A stretch of DNA of 36,848 nt from a bacterium (GCA_027310225.1 DAIDBG010000117.1:1-36848); one strand, 5' to 3'. Counted from the first letter of the stretch, positions 8,127 through 16,901 are shown. Notes: generated by a model from the letters alone, not told the origin. Program-made: numbers and translations.

Positions 8127-9943
8127 TGGCAGGCGGTTCATCCGTGTTCGATCCCGCCGCCGTCATCACCGGCCTGCCGCACCTGCCCGGCGTCTATCGC
8201 ATGCTGAACGGTACGGGAGAGGTGCTCTACGTCGGCAAGGCCCTCGACCTCCACAAGCGGGTTGCTTCCTATTTCCAGAAGACGGGCGGACAGTCGCCCC
8301 GCATTCAGCTCATGCTGGGTCAGGTGGCGGCGGTGGAAACCACAGTTACCCGTTCCGAAGCAGAGGCTCTGCTTCTCGAAAGCAATTTAATAAAAACATT
8401 AACTCCACGCTACAACATACTGTTTAGAGATGATAAATCGTATCCGTATCTTATTTTGACCGGGCACCGGTTTCCGCGCCTCGGGTTTTATCGCGGGAGT
8501 CTCGAAAAGCGCCATCGCTATTTCGGTCCGTTTCCGAACGCCGGCGCGGTGCGCGCAAGCATCCAGCTGCTGCAGAAGGTGTTCCGCATCCGCACCTGCG
8601 AAGACACCGTATTCAGCAACCGTTCCCGTCCCTGCCTGCTGCACCAGATCAGGCGCTGCACGGCGCCCTGCGTGGGTCTGGTGAACGAGGCAGACTATGC
8701 CGAGGACGTGAGGAGCGCCGAGCTGTTCCTCTCCGGCAGGGAGGACGAAGTGATCGAACGCCTGGAGGCACGCATGAACGCCGCCTCAGGACGCCAGCAT
8801 TATGAGGAGGCCGCGGTGCTCCGCGACCAGATCGCGGCGCTGCGCAAGGTGCGGGAGAGGCAGTTCGTGAGCGGGGAGGGTGAAGATACCGATGTCATCG
8901 CGTACGGCCGCGCTGCGGGGGTCGTCTGCGTGAACCTTGCGATGATACGCGGAGGCCGCCACCTCGGCGACAAGAACTTCTTCCCGCGCAACGCCGACGA
9001 TTGCGGCCCCGAACAGGTCATCGAGGCGTTCCTGCTGCTGCATTACCTGCAGCACACCGCGCCACCGCATGTTGTCGTGGGCGCGAAAGTCGCCGCTGAA
9101 CCCCTCGAACAACTGCTGTCCGAGCATGCCGGACGCAAAGTCCGGATTCACGCGCGCCCGGGCGGCGCGCGCAAGGCGTGGCTCGAGATGGGGGAGCACA
9201 ATGCGCAGCTCGGCGCGCAGCAGGCGCTGGGACTGCAGGCGACCCAGGAAGCGCGACTACTCGCGCTGCAACAGGCGCTCGATCTTCCGGAGACCGTGCA
9301 GCGGATCGAGTGTTTCGATGTGAGTCATACCATGGGCGAGGCCACCGTCGCCGCGTGCGTGGTGTACGACAGGTCGGCAATGCAGAAGGGGGATTACAGA
9401 CGCTTCAATATCACCGGCATCGAGCCCGGCGACGATTACGGGGCAATGCGCGAGGCGCTCTCCCGCCGCTACCGCAGGATCATGGGAGGGGAGGGCAAGA
9501 TGCCCGATCTCATCCTCGTCGATGGCGGGCGGGGGCAGCTCGCCGTGGCGTCAGAAGTCTTCGCCGAGCTCGGTCTGAGCGAGGTGGTGCTGATGGCAGT
9601 GGCGAAGGGGGAGGAGCGCCGGGCCGGACAGGAGCAGTTGCTCGCGTCCGGGCGCACGGAACCGCTCGTGCTCGGCAAGGATCATCCCGCCCTGCATCTC
9701 ATCCAGCAGATTCGCGACGAAGCGCATCGTTTCGCAATTGAGGGCCACCGTGCGCGTCGCGGCAGGGCTCGAAACCGCTCGACGCTGGAGAAAATCTCCG
9801 GCGTGGGGGCAAAACGCCGCCAGCGCCTGCTCGCGCGCTTCGGGGGATTGCGGGGGCTCCTCGCCGCCAGTATTGATGATCTCGCCCAAGTCCAGGGAAT
9901 CAGCCGCACGCTGGCTGAAAAAATCTATCATGATCTGCACTAA
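8126..9943 (+). CDS. uvrC: Excinuclease ABC subunit C
   Basis: GIY-YIG (PGVYRM..LYVGKA), RDDKSYPY, ECFDVSH, DGGRGQL, RDEAHRFAI, HhH tail. Confidence 0.98.
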   Translation: MAGGSSVFDPAAVITGLPHLPGVYRMLNGTGEVLYVGKALDLHKRVASYFQKTGGQSPRIQLMLGQVAAVETTVTRSEAEALLLESNLIKTLTPRYNILFRDDKSYPYLILTGHRFPRLGFYRGSLEKRHRYFGPFPNAGAVRASIQLLQKVFRIRTCEDTVFSNRSRPCLLHQIRRCTAPCVGLVNEADYAEDVRSAELFLSGREDEVIERLEARMNAASGRQHYEEAAVLRDQIAALRKVRERQFVSGEGEDTDVIAYGRAAGVVCVNLAMIRGGRHLGDKNFFPRNADDCGPEQVIEAFLLLHYLQHTAPPHVVVGAKVAAEPLEQLLSEHAGRKVRIHARPGGARKAWLEMGEHNAQLGAQQALGLQATQEARLLALQQALDLPETVQRIECFDVSHTMGEATVAACVVYDRSAMQKGDYRRFNITGIEPGDDYGAMREALSRRYRRIMGGEGKMPDLILVDGGRGQLAVASEVFAELGLSEVVLMAVAKGEERRAGQEQLLASGRTEPLVLGKDHPALHLIQQIRDEAHRFAIEGHRARRGRARNRSTLEKISGVGAKRRQRLLARFGGLRGLLAASIDDLAQVQGISRTLAEKIYHDLH

Positions 9944-10053
9944 CCCCGATTATTCACAAACACCGGATGCTCCGACGATACGTGCGTGACGAAGTGTCTT
10001 GCGACTCTGCACGAGGCCCCCTATTCATGAATAATCGGGGCTAAGGACCTCCC

Positions 10054-10623
10054 ATGCCGCTGAATCTGCCCAACTTGCTCACTTGGCTGCGGATTATCCT
10101 GATCCCGCTGTTCGTCGGAATTTTCTACTTCGAGAAAAGCTGGGTCTCCGTGTCCAACCAGAATCTGGTGGCCACCATCATCTTCACCGCTGCGGCGATC
10201 ACCGACTGGCTCGACGGCTGGCTTGCGCGCAAGCTCAACCAGACCTCCGCGTTCGGCGCCTTCCTCGATCCGGTGGCGGACAAGTTGATGGTGGCGGCAG
10301 CGCTGATCACCCTGGTGCAGCTGGAGCGCGTGGACGCGATCATTGCGCTCATCATCATCGGCCGCGAAATCACGATCTCCGCGCTGCGTGAGTGGATGGC
10401 TACGATCGGCGAGGCGAAGAGCGTCGCCGTGTCCTTCCTCGGGAAGATCAAGACCGTCTCGCAAATGCTGGCGATCCCGCTGCTGCTCTATCACGATCGC
10501 GTCGGCGCGTTCAGTCCCCAGAGCGTGGGCACCTGGCTCATCTATATCGCCGCGCTGCTCACGCTGGTGTCTATGGCCTATTACCTCAAGGTTGCCCTGC
10601 CGCAAGCATGGAAGCGGGGATAG
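10054..10623 (+). CDS. pgsA: CDP-diacylglycerol--glycerol-3-phosphate 3-phosphatidyltransferase
   Basis: NLPNLLT, TDWLDGWLARK..TSAFGAFLDPVADK; follows uvrC. Confidence 0.97.
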   Translation: MPLNLPNLLTWLRIILIPLFVGIFYFEKSWVSVSNQNLVATIIFTAAAITDWLDGWLARKLNQTSAFGAFLDPVADKLMVAAALITLVQLERVDAIIALIIIGREITISALREWMATIGEAKSVAVSFLGKIKTVSQMLAIPLLLYHDRVGAFSPQSVGTWLIYIAALLTLVSMAYYLKVALPQAWKRG

Positions 10624-10652
10624 TTGCCCGCCCGGCGCGGCTGCCCTATAAT
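10624..10652 (+). promoter_or_regulatory. Sigma70 promoter of the tRNA cluster
   Basis: TTGCCC (10624-29), 17 bp, TATAAT (10647-52), 15 bp before tRNA-Gly. Confidence 0.8.
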
Positions 10653-10667
10653 TTTCAATGACGAAAC

Positions 10668-10743
10668 GCGGGAATAGCTCAGTTGGTAGAGCGCAACCTT
10701 GCCAAGGTTGAGGTCGCGAGTTCGAGACTCGTTTCCCGCTCCA
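10668..10743 (+). tRNA. tRNA-Gly(GCC)
   Basis: 76-nt cloverleaf GCGGGAA...TTCCCGCTCCA, anticodon GCC, GTTCGA T-loop. Confidence 0.98.
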
Positions 10744-10749
10744 GAATTC

Positions 10750-10808
10750 GTGGGGAAGACGGCGAAAGTCGTTTTGGTTTTGGCATAACCTGAAGGTTGT
10801 GCCCCCAC
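10750..10808. repeat. Inverted REP-like doublet (GTGG-headed palindromes)
   Basis: GTGGGG + AAGACGGC-GAAA-GTCGTTTT, facing GGCATAACC-TGAA-GGTTGTGCC + CCCAC. Confidence 0.5.
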
Positions 10809-10810
10809 TG

Positions 10811-10862
10811 AAACGGCTAGTTCCGGCGAACTAGAACTAGCCGTTTTCCCTTTTCAGTTTTC
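10811..10862 (+). terminator. Terminator-like hairpin between tRNA-Gly and tRNA-Cys
   Basis: AAACGGCTAGTTC/GAACTAGCCGTTT perfect 13-bp stem followed by a T-rich tract. Confidence 0.55.
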
Positions 10863-10864
10863 AC

Positions 10865-10905
10865 GGCGGGATGGCAGAGTGGTCATGCAGCGGCCTGCAA
10901 ACCCG
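10865..10905 (+). pseudogene. Duplicated 5' half of tRNA-Cys (no T arm or 3' acceptor strand)
   Basis: 37/41 identical to 10915-10955. Confidence 0.85.
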
Positions 10906-10914
10906 CTGCATAGC

Positions 10915-10988
10915 GGCGCGATGGCAGAGTGGTCATGCAGCGGATTGCAAATCCGTCTACGTCGGTTCGATTCCGGCTCGCGCCTCCA
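10915..10988 (+). tRNA. tRNA-Cys(GCA)
   Basis: 74-nt cloverleaf GGCGCGA...TCGCGCCTCCA, anticodon GCA. Confidence 0.97.
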
Positions 10989-11002
10989 ACTCTCCGGATC
11001 GG

Positions 11003-11098
11003 CTACGCCTCAGGGAAGAGCCTGGCGACAGCCGCCATCGGCAGCCACAGCGTGAGCGGCTGGTCGGGAAGGCTTTCGAACTCGTAGCGCGCATAGAA
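11003..11098 (-). pseudogene. C-terminal remnant of a GNAT (AtaT/TacT-like) toxin
   Basis: FYARYEFESLPDQPLTLWLPMAAVARLFPEA* resembles the FYxxYGFxxLPxxPxxLxLP tail of GNAT toxins. Confidence 0.6.
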
Positions 11099-11132
11099 GC
11101 GAAGTTTGAGACCGAGGTACAGGTCTGCTTGA

Positions 11133-11339
11133 GAGGCGAACGGCGATGAAGCGAACGACTCGATCGGTTCGCTCGCCTCGCGGCTGGGACGCGATCGCAG
11201 CGCGGTGACGCGCGAGGTCGCTCAGTTGCAACGCTTCGGACTGGTGCGCGTTGCCGAGGCGGTGCTTCCGGGGCATGGGCGCATGAAGAAGGTGAGCGCC
11301 ATTGCGGGCGAAATTCGGCTTGAAGCCGTCATCGCCTGA
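11133..11339 (+). pseudogene. C-terminal remnant of a MarR-like/HVO_A0114-type HTH antitoxin
   Basis: SIGSLASRLGRDRSAVTREVAQLQRFGLVRV...PGHGRMKKV...LEAVIA*; in-frame TGA at 11130-32 upstream and no start before the HTH. Confidence 0.65.
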
Positions 11340-11451
11340 ACGCCAAGGAAGGCCGGAGGATTTTGGGACAATCCGGGTGCGTTATTGCATGGCGCGCCCT
11401 TCAGCCGCGCGGGCAACCGTCGTTCAGCTCGCGCGTGTTGGTACAGCCGCC

Positions 11452-11538
11452 GCCCGGGTGGCGTAACTGGTAGCCGCTGGGGACTTAAAATCCCCTGGCC
11501 ACAAGGCCGTGCCGGTTCGAGTCCGGCCCCGGGCACCA
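11452..11538 (+). tRNA. tRNA-Leu(TAA)
   Basis: 87 nt with long variable arm, GGGGA-CTTAAAA-TCCCC anticodon arm, CCA end; Gly-Cys-Leu order after pgsA. Confidence 0.93.
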
Positions 11539-11767
11539 TCGGTATTCTCCCCGCGTCATGCGCAGCCGGGCGCGGCGCACCGCCGTTTGTTGCAAATTGT
11601 CCCCCGGCCACAATCTATTGAGTACCTTCAGGCGGGATGTTCGGCATTTTGTGGGTGGTCAGCTTTATGGCATGATTCGGATGGAAGGAGCCGGGCACGA
11701 AGTCTGCTGTCACGCCACGAGGGCAGCGCATTCCGCACCCGTTACCACAAGAGATTCAGAGGTTGCC

Positions 11768-12217
11768 GTGATTGTTTTTGATCTTGGATGCGAAAATCGC
11801 CATCGTTTCGAGGGCTGGTTCGCCTCAAACGAGGATTTCGAGCGCCAGCTCGGGGGAAAGCTCATTGCCTGTCCATTGTGCGGCAATGCCAACGTTGCGC
11901 GCCTGCCGCACGCCGCGCATATCAAGGCTGGCGGGAACGTGCGCGCCCTCCGCGCCGAGCCTGCGGCGAAAACGCTGCAGCAGTACGCCAATATGGGCGG
12001 CGAGGTACTCACCAGGATCATCGAGCATATTATCGAGAACACCGAGGACGTCGGGGCCTCGTTTCCCGAGGAAGCGCGCAAGATCCATTATCACGAGGCG
12101 CCCGATCGCAGGATCCGCGGCACGGCGTCCCGGCAAGAAGTTGAGGCGCTGAAGGAAGAGGGGATCGAGGTTGTAGCTCTTCCCGTACCGCCCCACCGCG
12201 CCGGCAAGACGCACTGA
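11768..12217 (+). CDS. DUF1178 family protein
   Basis: GTG start; IVFDLGC...HRFEGWFAS, CPLCG, TEDVG..FPEEARKIHY, LKEEGI. Confidence 0.9.
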   Translation: MIVFDLGCENRHRFEGWFASNEDFERQLGGKLIACPLCGNANVARLPHAAHIKAGGNVRALRAEPAAKTLQQYANMGGEVLTRIIEHIIENTEDVGASFPEEARKIHYHEAPDRRIRGTASRQEVEALKEEGIEVVALPVPPHRAGKTH

Positions 12218-12292
12218 GCCGGGCGTCCTGCCGCGCCCCGCGCCGGCGCACCCACCCTGCCGCGACCGGTTTATCGCGAGTGCCCCGGCGAT

Positions 12293-12306
12293 TTGATCTG
12301 GATCAA
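12293..12306. promoter_or_regulatory. FNR/Crp-family box
   Basis: Perfect TTGAT-CTGG-ATCAA; TGcTAATTT extended -10 at 12325-12333, upstream of the usp gene. Confidence 0.85.
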
Positions 12307-12375
12307 CACCAGGTGACGGCTGCGTGCTAATTTATCCCGGTAACTCAAGGTCCGGTCGCTGAATAGGGAGGCGCG

Positions 12376-12819
12376 ATGTTCAAGCACATATTGTTACCCA
12401 CGGATGGTTCCGAGTTGTCCGACAGGGCCGTGAAGAGCGGCATCGAATTCGCGAAGAAGATCAAGGCGCGGGTAACGGCGATTCACGTGGTACCGGAATT
12501 CAGAGTCATTCCGGACGAGAGCTTCGTGCCGCTCAGCCCCGCCCTGAAGAAGCGCTTCGAAGAGGAATCGCTCAAGCGGGCACAGAAGATGCTGGACAAG
12601 ATCGCACAGCGCGCGAAAGCGGGCGGCGTGCGGTGCGATACGGTGAGCACGGCAAGCGATCTCCCGTATCAGCAGATCATCGCGACCGCGCAGAAAAAGA
12701 AGTGCGACCTGATCATGATGGCGTCACACGGCCGGCGCGGCCTCTCCAGCCTGCTGCTCGGCAGCGAAACCGCGAAAGTGCTTACGCATTCCAAGATACC
12801 GGTACTCGTAGTGCGCTGA
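12376..12819 (+). CDS. Universal stress protein (UspA family)
   Basis: FKHILLPTDGS, CDLIMMASHGRRG..LLLGSET.KVL; GGAGG RBS. Confidence 0.96.
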   Translation: MFKHILLPTDGSELSDRAVKSGIEFAKKIKARVTAIHVVPEFRVIPDESFVPLSPALKKRFEEESLKRAQKMLDKIAQRAKAGGVRCDTVSTASDLPYQQIIATAQKKKCDLIMMASHGRRGLSSLLLGSETAKVLTHSKIPVLVVR

Positions 12820-12873
12820 AACACCGCACTCATGAAGTTCGAGCGGGATGAGCGCTGGTCCGCGCGGCGCTGA

Positions 12874-13845
12874 TTATTGCCTGGGCCGGTAGCCCTTTTC
12901 CGCGAAATACCTGAGCGCCCCCGGATGGAAGGGAAGGGGGGACGCGCCGTTGAACTGGTTCTCGAAGGTCATGTAGCTGGTGTCTTTTGCCACCAGCATC
13001 AGGTCCGGCTTTTTCTCGAACAGCGTCTTGACAATGTTGTAGGCGAGTTCCTCGCTCATCCTGTCGTCGGTGAGCAATACTGCCCAGACGTCCACCGTGG
13101 AGGCATCCCGGTCCTGGCCGGGGTAGGTCTTCGCGGGCAACGTGCCCTTGATGTAGAGCGGCCCGTACTTCTTGTTCATCGCCTGGGCCGCGTCGCCGTG
13201 GTCTATCAGCTTGATCCTGATCCCCGGGGTCGCGGCGAGGTCGGTCACCGCCGGGATCGGTATCGCGGCGTTGTGGATGAAGGCGTCAATCTTGCGGTCC
13301 TTGAGGGCATTGACCGCCTCGGCAACCCCCAGCCGCTCTCTGATGATGTCCTTGTCCGGGTCGATGTTGTACGCTTCCAGCACGCGCCGCGCGATGATTT
13401 CCGATCCGCTGCCCGGCGAGCCGATCGAGACGCGCCGGCCTCGAAGATCCGGCATCTTTTCGATTCCCCGTCCTTCCAGCGTCACGACGTGGTTCTTTTG
13501 CGGGTAGATCACGGCCAGCGTGCGCAGCGAGAGCTTCTCCTTGAATTTGCCCTGTCCCTGGTACGCATCCCACGCCGCATCCGCCATTGAGAACCCGAAA
13601 TCCGACTTGCGCGTGGAAATGAGCTTGATGTTATCAACCGAGCCGCCGGTGACCTCGGCCGTCGCCTGGACGTTGGGTATCGTCCTGGAGAAGATATTGG
13701 CCATTGCGCCCCCCAGCGGATACCACACACCGCCAGTGCCGCCGGTGCCGATCGCCAACCGCACTTCCGCCTGCTGCGCGGCGGCCGGGCTTAAGACGGA
13801 GGAGAGGGCGAAGGCAAGCCACGCAACAGGGACGACGCGTTTCAT
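12874..13845 (-). CDS. TAXI-family TRAP transporter solute-binding protein
   Basis: Signal peptide, IGTGGTGGVWYPLG, TGGSVDN, GSPGSGSE, PFHPGA.RYF; GGAGG RBS before ATG 13845. Confidence 0.93.
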   Translation of the reverse strand: MKRVVPVAWLAFALSSVLSPAAAQQAEVRLAIGTGGTGGVWYPLGGAMANIFSRTIPNVQATAEVTGGSVDNIKLISTRKSDFGFSMADAAWDAYQGQGKFKEKLSLRTLAVIYPQKNHVVTLEGRGIEKMPDLRGRRVSIGSPGSGSEIIARRVLEAYNIDPDKDIIRERLGVAEAVNALKDRKIDAFIHNAAIPIPAVTDLAATPGIRIKLIDHGDAAQAMNKKYGPLYIKGTLPAKTYPGQDRDASTVDVWAVLLTDDRMSEELAYNIVKTLFEKKPDLMLVAKDTSYMTFENQFNGASPLPFHPGALRYFAEKGYRPRQ

Positions 13846-13933
13846 ATCCATCCTCCATTTGTGATCTAATTCAAACTTTTCGCAGCACGATACTGACACA
13901 ACGTTTACCGACCGGCAATCCATCGCCTGCATC

Positions 13934-16024
13934 ATGGCCAACGACTTGCGCGCCTTGCTGAACCCGCGATCAATCGCGATCCTCGGGGCGTCCTCCGATC
14001 TGTCCCGGGTCAACGGCCGCACGCTGAAGTACCTGCTCGAGAAAGGCTATCCGGGCAAGATCTTCCCGGTCAACCCGAAGTACCGTGAGATCGGAGCGCT
14101 GCGCTGCTATCCCGACGTCGCAGCCATTGCTGAGCCGATTGATCTCGCGATAATCGCGCTTCCGGCGAGGCTCGTGTCCGCCAGCCTGAGCGAGTTGGGA
14201 AGGCAGGGGACCCGCTCGGCGGTGGTGTTCAGTTCCGGTTTCGGCGAAACGGGCGAAGCCGGCCGCGCACTGGAGCGTGAGGTGGCTGTGGCGGCGCAAA
14301 TGGCGGGAATACGCCTCTGCGGCCCGAACTGCCTGGGCCTGATCAATGCATTCGAACGGGTCATAGCCACGTTTGGCCAATTCGCAGAAGGCGATACGCC
14401 GCCGGGACCGGCGGCGTTCGTGACCCAGTCCGGGGCGTTCGGCACGGCGATCGCAGCGCTCGCGCGCCGCCGCGGCATTGGTCTCGGCTACTTCATCAAT
14501 ACCGGCAACGAAGCAGACATTGATTTCGTAGAAGTGATGCGCGCGGTGCTGGCCGATCCACGGATCCGCGTGGGCGCGGGTTACGTAGAGGGCCTGAAGG
14601 ACGGTGCCGGTCTCACTTTACTCGCAGGAGAGGCGCTTTCGGCCGGCAAGCCGCTGCTGCTGACCAAAGTCGGCCGAAGTGGAGCAGGAGCGCGTGCCGC
14701 CGCCTCTCACACCGGCTCGCTTGCGGGCGCGGACAACGTGTTCGACGGCGTGGCGCGACAGCACGGCATCGTGCGCGCTCGCAACGAAGAACAGCTGCTC
14801 GACCTGCTGGAGGCTTTCATGTACTGCCCGCTGCCCCAAGGCAACGGCCTTGGCATCATCACCCAGTCGGGAGGCGCCGGCGTGCTCATCGCGGACTGCG
14901 CTGAAGAGCTGGGAATGAAGGTGCCGGTGCTGACGGATGCGACGCAACGGGCGCTCAAGGCCGCGATCCCGGAATTCGGCTCCACGGGAAATCCGGTTGA
15001 TATCACCGGCCAGTTCATCGCCGACCCCGGCCTGCTGCGCGAAAGCGTGCGTATCGTACTTGACGATCCCGGGGTCGACATCGCGATCGTATGGCTGCAA
15101 CTGATGGAAGCGTACGTGGATGCGCTGGTGACCATCTTCGAGGAGATCAGGGCGACGGCGGCCAAGCCGCTGATCGTCTGCTGGGTCGCGGCGCCGGAGC
15201 GCGCGCTCAAAGCCCTGCGTGACCGCGGCATCGCCGTGCTGCGCGGGGGAGAGCCGGCGGCGGACGCCGCCGCAGCGCTGGCGCGCTACGCGCAAGCGCG
15301 GCACGACTGGTTGTCGGACGCTTCCGCGCGGGCAGCGATCCGGCTGCCGCAGCTCGACCTGCTCCGGCGCGCCGGCCCTGTAGCGACACCGGCTACCCGA
15401 GAGTTGCTCACACAAGGAGACATTGCCACGGTACAGACCGCGTTTGCCGGCAGTGCGGATGACGCGATTGCCGCAGCCAACCGTATCGGCTACCCAGTCG
15501 CAGTGAAGATCGAGTCGCCCGACATTCTGCACAAGACGGAAGCGGGCGGAGTCGCTCTGGGCCTGATGGACGACCGGTCCGTGAGACAGGCGTTCGAATC
15601 GCTGACCAGCGGCGCCAGGCGCAGCCACCCCGGCGCGCGAATCGAAGGGGTGATCATCCAGCGCATGGCGACGGACGGCGTGGACTTCGTGGTGGGGCTG
15701 AAAAACGATCCTGTGTTCGGCGCGGTCGTGATGGCCGGACTGGGCGGTATCCACGTCGAAATCCTGAAGGACGTCTCCTTCCGCAAGGCGCCGGTTACCG
15801 TGGCCGAGGCGCACCGCATGCTCGACGAGATCAAGGGGCGGGCGATTCTCGACGGCGCCCGCGGCCGACCGCCGGTAAACCGCGAGGCGCTCGCCGGCCT
15901 CATCGCTGCGGCGTCGCGTTGCGGCGCGGCCATCGGCCCGCGGCTGCGTGAGCTTGATCTGAATCCGGTAGTGGCGGGGCCGGATGGCGCAGCGGCAGTG
16001 GACTGGCTGATGCTGCTCGACTGA
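13934..16024 (+). CDS. Acetate--CoA ligase family (NDP-forming acyl-CoA synthetase, fused alpha/beta)
   Basis: PRSIAILGAS, GPNCLG, TQSGA, ASHTGSLAG (phospho-His), HKTEAGGV, LDLNP. Confidence 0.92.
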   Translation: MANDLRALLNPRSIAILGASSDLSRVNGRTLKYLLEKGYPGKIFPVNPKYREIGALRCYPDVAAIAEPIDLAIIALPARLVSASLSELGRQGTRSAVVFSSGFGETGEAGRALEREVAVAAQMAGIRLCGPNCLGLINAFERVIATFGQFAEGDTPPGPAAFVTQSGAFGTAIAALARRRGIGLGYFINTGNEADIDFVEVMRAVLADPRIRVGAGYVEGLKDGAGLTLLAGEALSAGKPLLLTKVGRSGAGARAAASHTGSLAGADNVFDGVARQHGIVRARNEEQLLDLLEAFMYCPLPQGNGLGIITQSGGAGVLIADCAEELGMKVPVLTDATQRALKAAIPEFGSTGNPVDITGQFIADPGLLRESVRIVLDDPGVDIAIVWLQLMEAYVDALVTIFEEIRATAAKPLIVCWVAAPERALKALRDRGIAVLRGGEPAADAAAALARYAQARHDWLSDASARAAIRLPQLDLLRRAGPVATPATRELLTQGDIATVQTAFAGSADDAIAAANRIGYPVAVKIESPDILHKTEAGGVALGLMDDRSVRQAFESLTSGARRSHPGARIEGVIIQRMATDGVDFVVGLKNDPVFGAVVMAGLGGIHVEILKDVSFRKAPVTVAEAHRMLDEIKGRAILDGARGRPPVNREALAGLIAAASRCGAAIGPRLRELDLNPVVAGPDGAAAVDWLMLLD

Positions 16025-16085
16025 ACTGTGCGCGGTACGCGGGATACGCTACACTAGACGGCCTTTCAATGCAGGAAAAACGTGG

Positions 16086-16901
16086 ATGAATCATCCGGGG
16101 TCCGCAACGCAAACGCTCACCGACAGGCTGATCGCGCAGAAAGAAGGCGCGATTGGCTGGATCGTCTTCAATAACCCCGCGCGGCACAACGCGACATCGT
16201 ACGAGATGTGGCAGTCGTTGCCGCTCGTGCTGGATGCCTACGCCAGGGATGCCGAGGTGCGGGTCGTGGTCCTGAAGGGGGCGGGGGAGAAGGCTTTCAG
16301 CGCCGGCGCCGACATCTCGCAGTTCAAGGAAAAACGCACCGGGGCCGAAGCCGTAAAGGAGTACAACGCGGCCGCGGACAACGCCAACAAGGCGCTGCGG
16401 GAGTGCCCCAAGCCCACCATCGCCATGATCCGCGGCTACTGCATCGGCGGAGGTACCGCGATCGCGGTGGGTTGCGACATACGCATTGCTGCGGAAGACG
16501 CGCGCTTCGGGGTTCCCGCGGCCAAGCTCGGCCTGGGCTACCGGTTCGAAGGCATCAAGCGCCTGGCGGAAATCGTCGGGCCGTCTTCAGCGGCGGAAAT
16601 CTTCTTCACGGCGCGCCAGTTCACGGCGCAGGAAGCGCTGCAGATGGGACTGGTGAACCGCGTGGTGCCCGTCGCCGAGCTGGAAAGCCGCACGCTCGAT
16701 TACGCCGGCACGATTGCCGAGAACGCGCCGCTCACCGTCGGCTCGGTGAAGCGCGCGCTGATCGAATACATGAAGGACCCTGCACAGCGCGATCTCGCGC
16801 TCTGCCAGCGCATGGTGGAGGCCTGCTACGAGAGCGAGGACTACAGGGAAGGGCAGGCCGCGTTCATGGAGAAGCGCAAACCGCAGTTCAAGGGCCGCTG
16901 A
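16086..16901 (+). CDS. Enoyl-CoA hydratase/isomerase family
   Basis: AFSAGADI, GYCIGGG, CDIRIA, EGQAAFMEKRKPQFKG. Confidence 0.93.
   Translation: MNHPGSATQTLTDRLIAQKEGAIGWIVFNNPARHNATSYEMWQSLPLVLDAYARDAEVRVVVLKGAGEKAFSAGADISQFKEKRTGAEAVKEYNAAADNANKALRECPKPTIAMIRGYCIGGGTAIAVGCDIRIAAEDARFGVPAAKLGLGYRFEGIKRLAEIVGPSSAAEIFFTARQFTAQEALQMGLVNRVVPVAELESRTLDYAGTIAENAPLTVGSVKRALIEYMKDPAQRDLALCQRMVEACYESEDYREGQAAFMEKRKPQFKGR

Noticed and set aside
10782-10808. CATAACCTGAAGGTTGT resembles the tRNA-fMet anticodon region
   Set aside because: No D arm, T arm or acceptor stem; the palindrome/REP reading fits better.
10750-10815. Three-way junction as a hammerhead ribozyme
   Set aside because: Lacks the CUGANGA core in the required position.
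10865-10988. Direct repeats as a CRISPR array
   Set aside because: Only two copies, both tRNA-derived; no cas genes.
10871-11621. ORFs 10871-11149, 11010-11276, 11222-11611 and 11385-11621
   Set aside because: They overlap tRNA genes or pseudogene fragments in other frames; no motifs.
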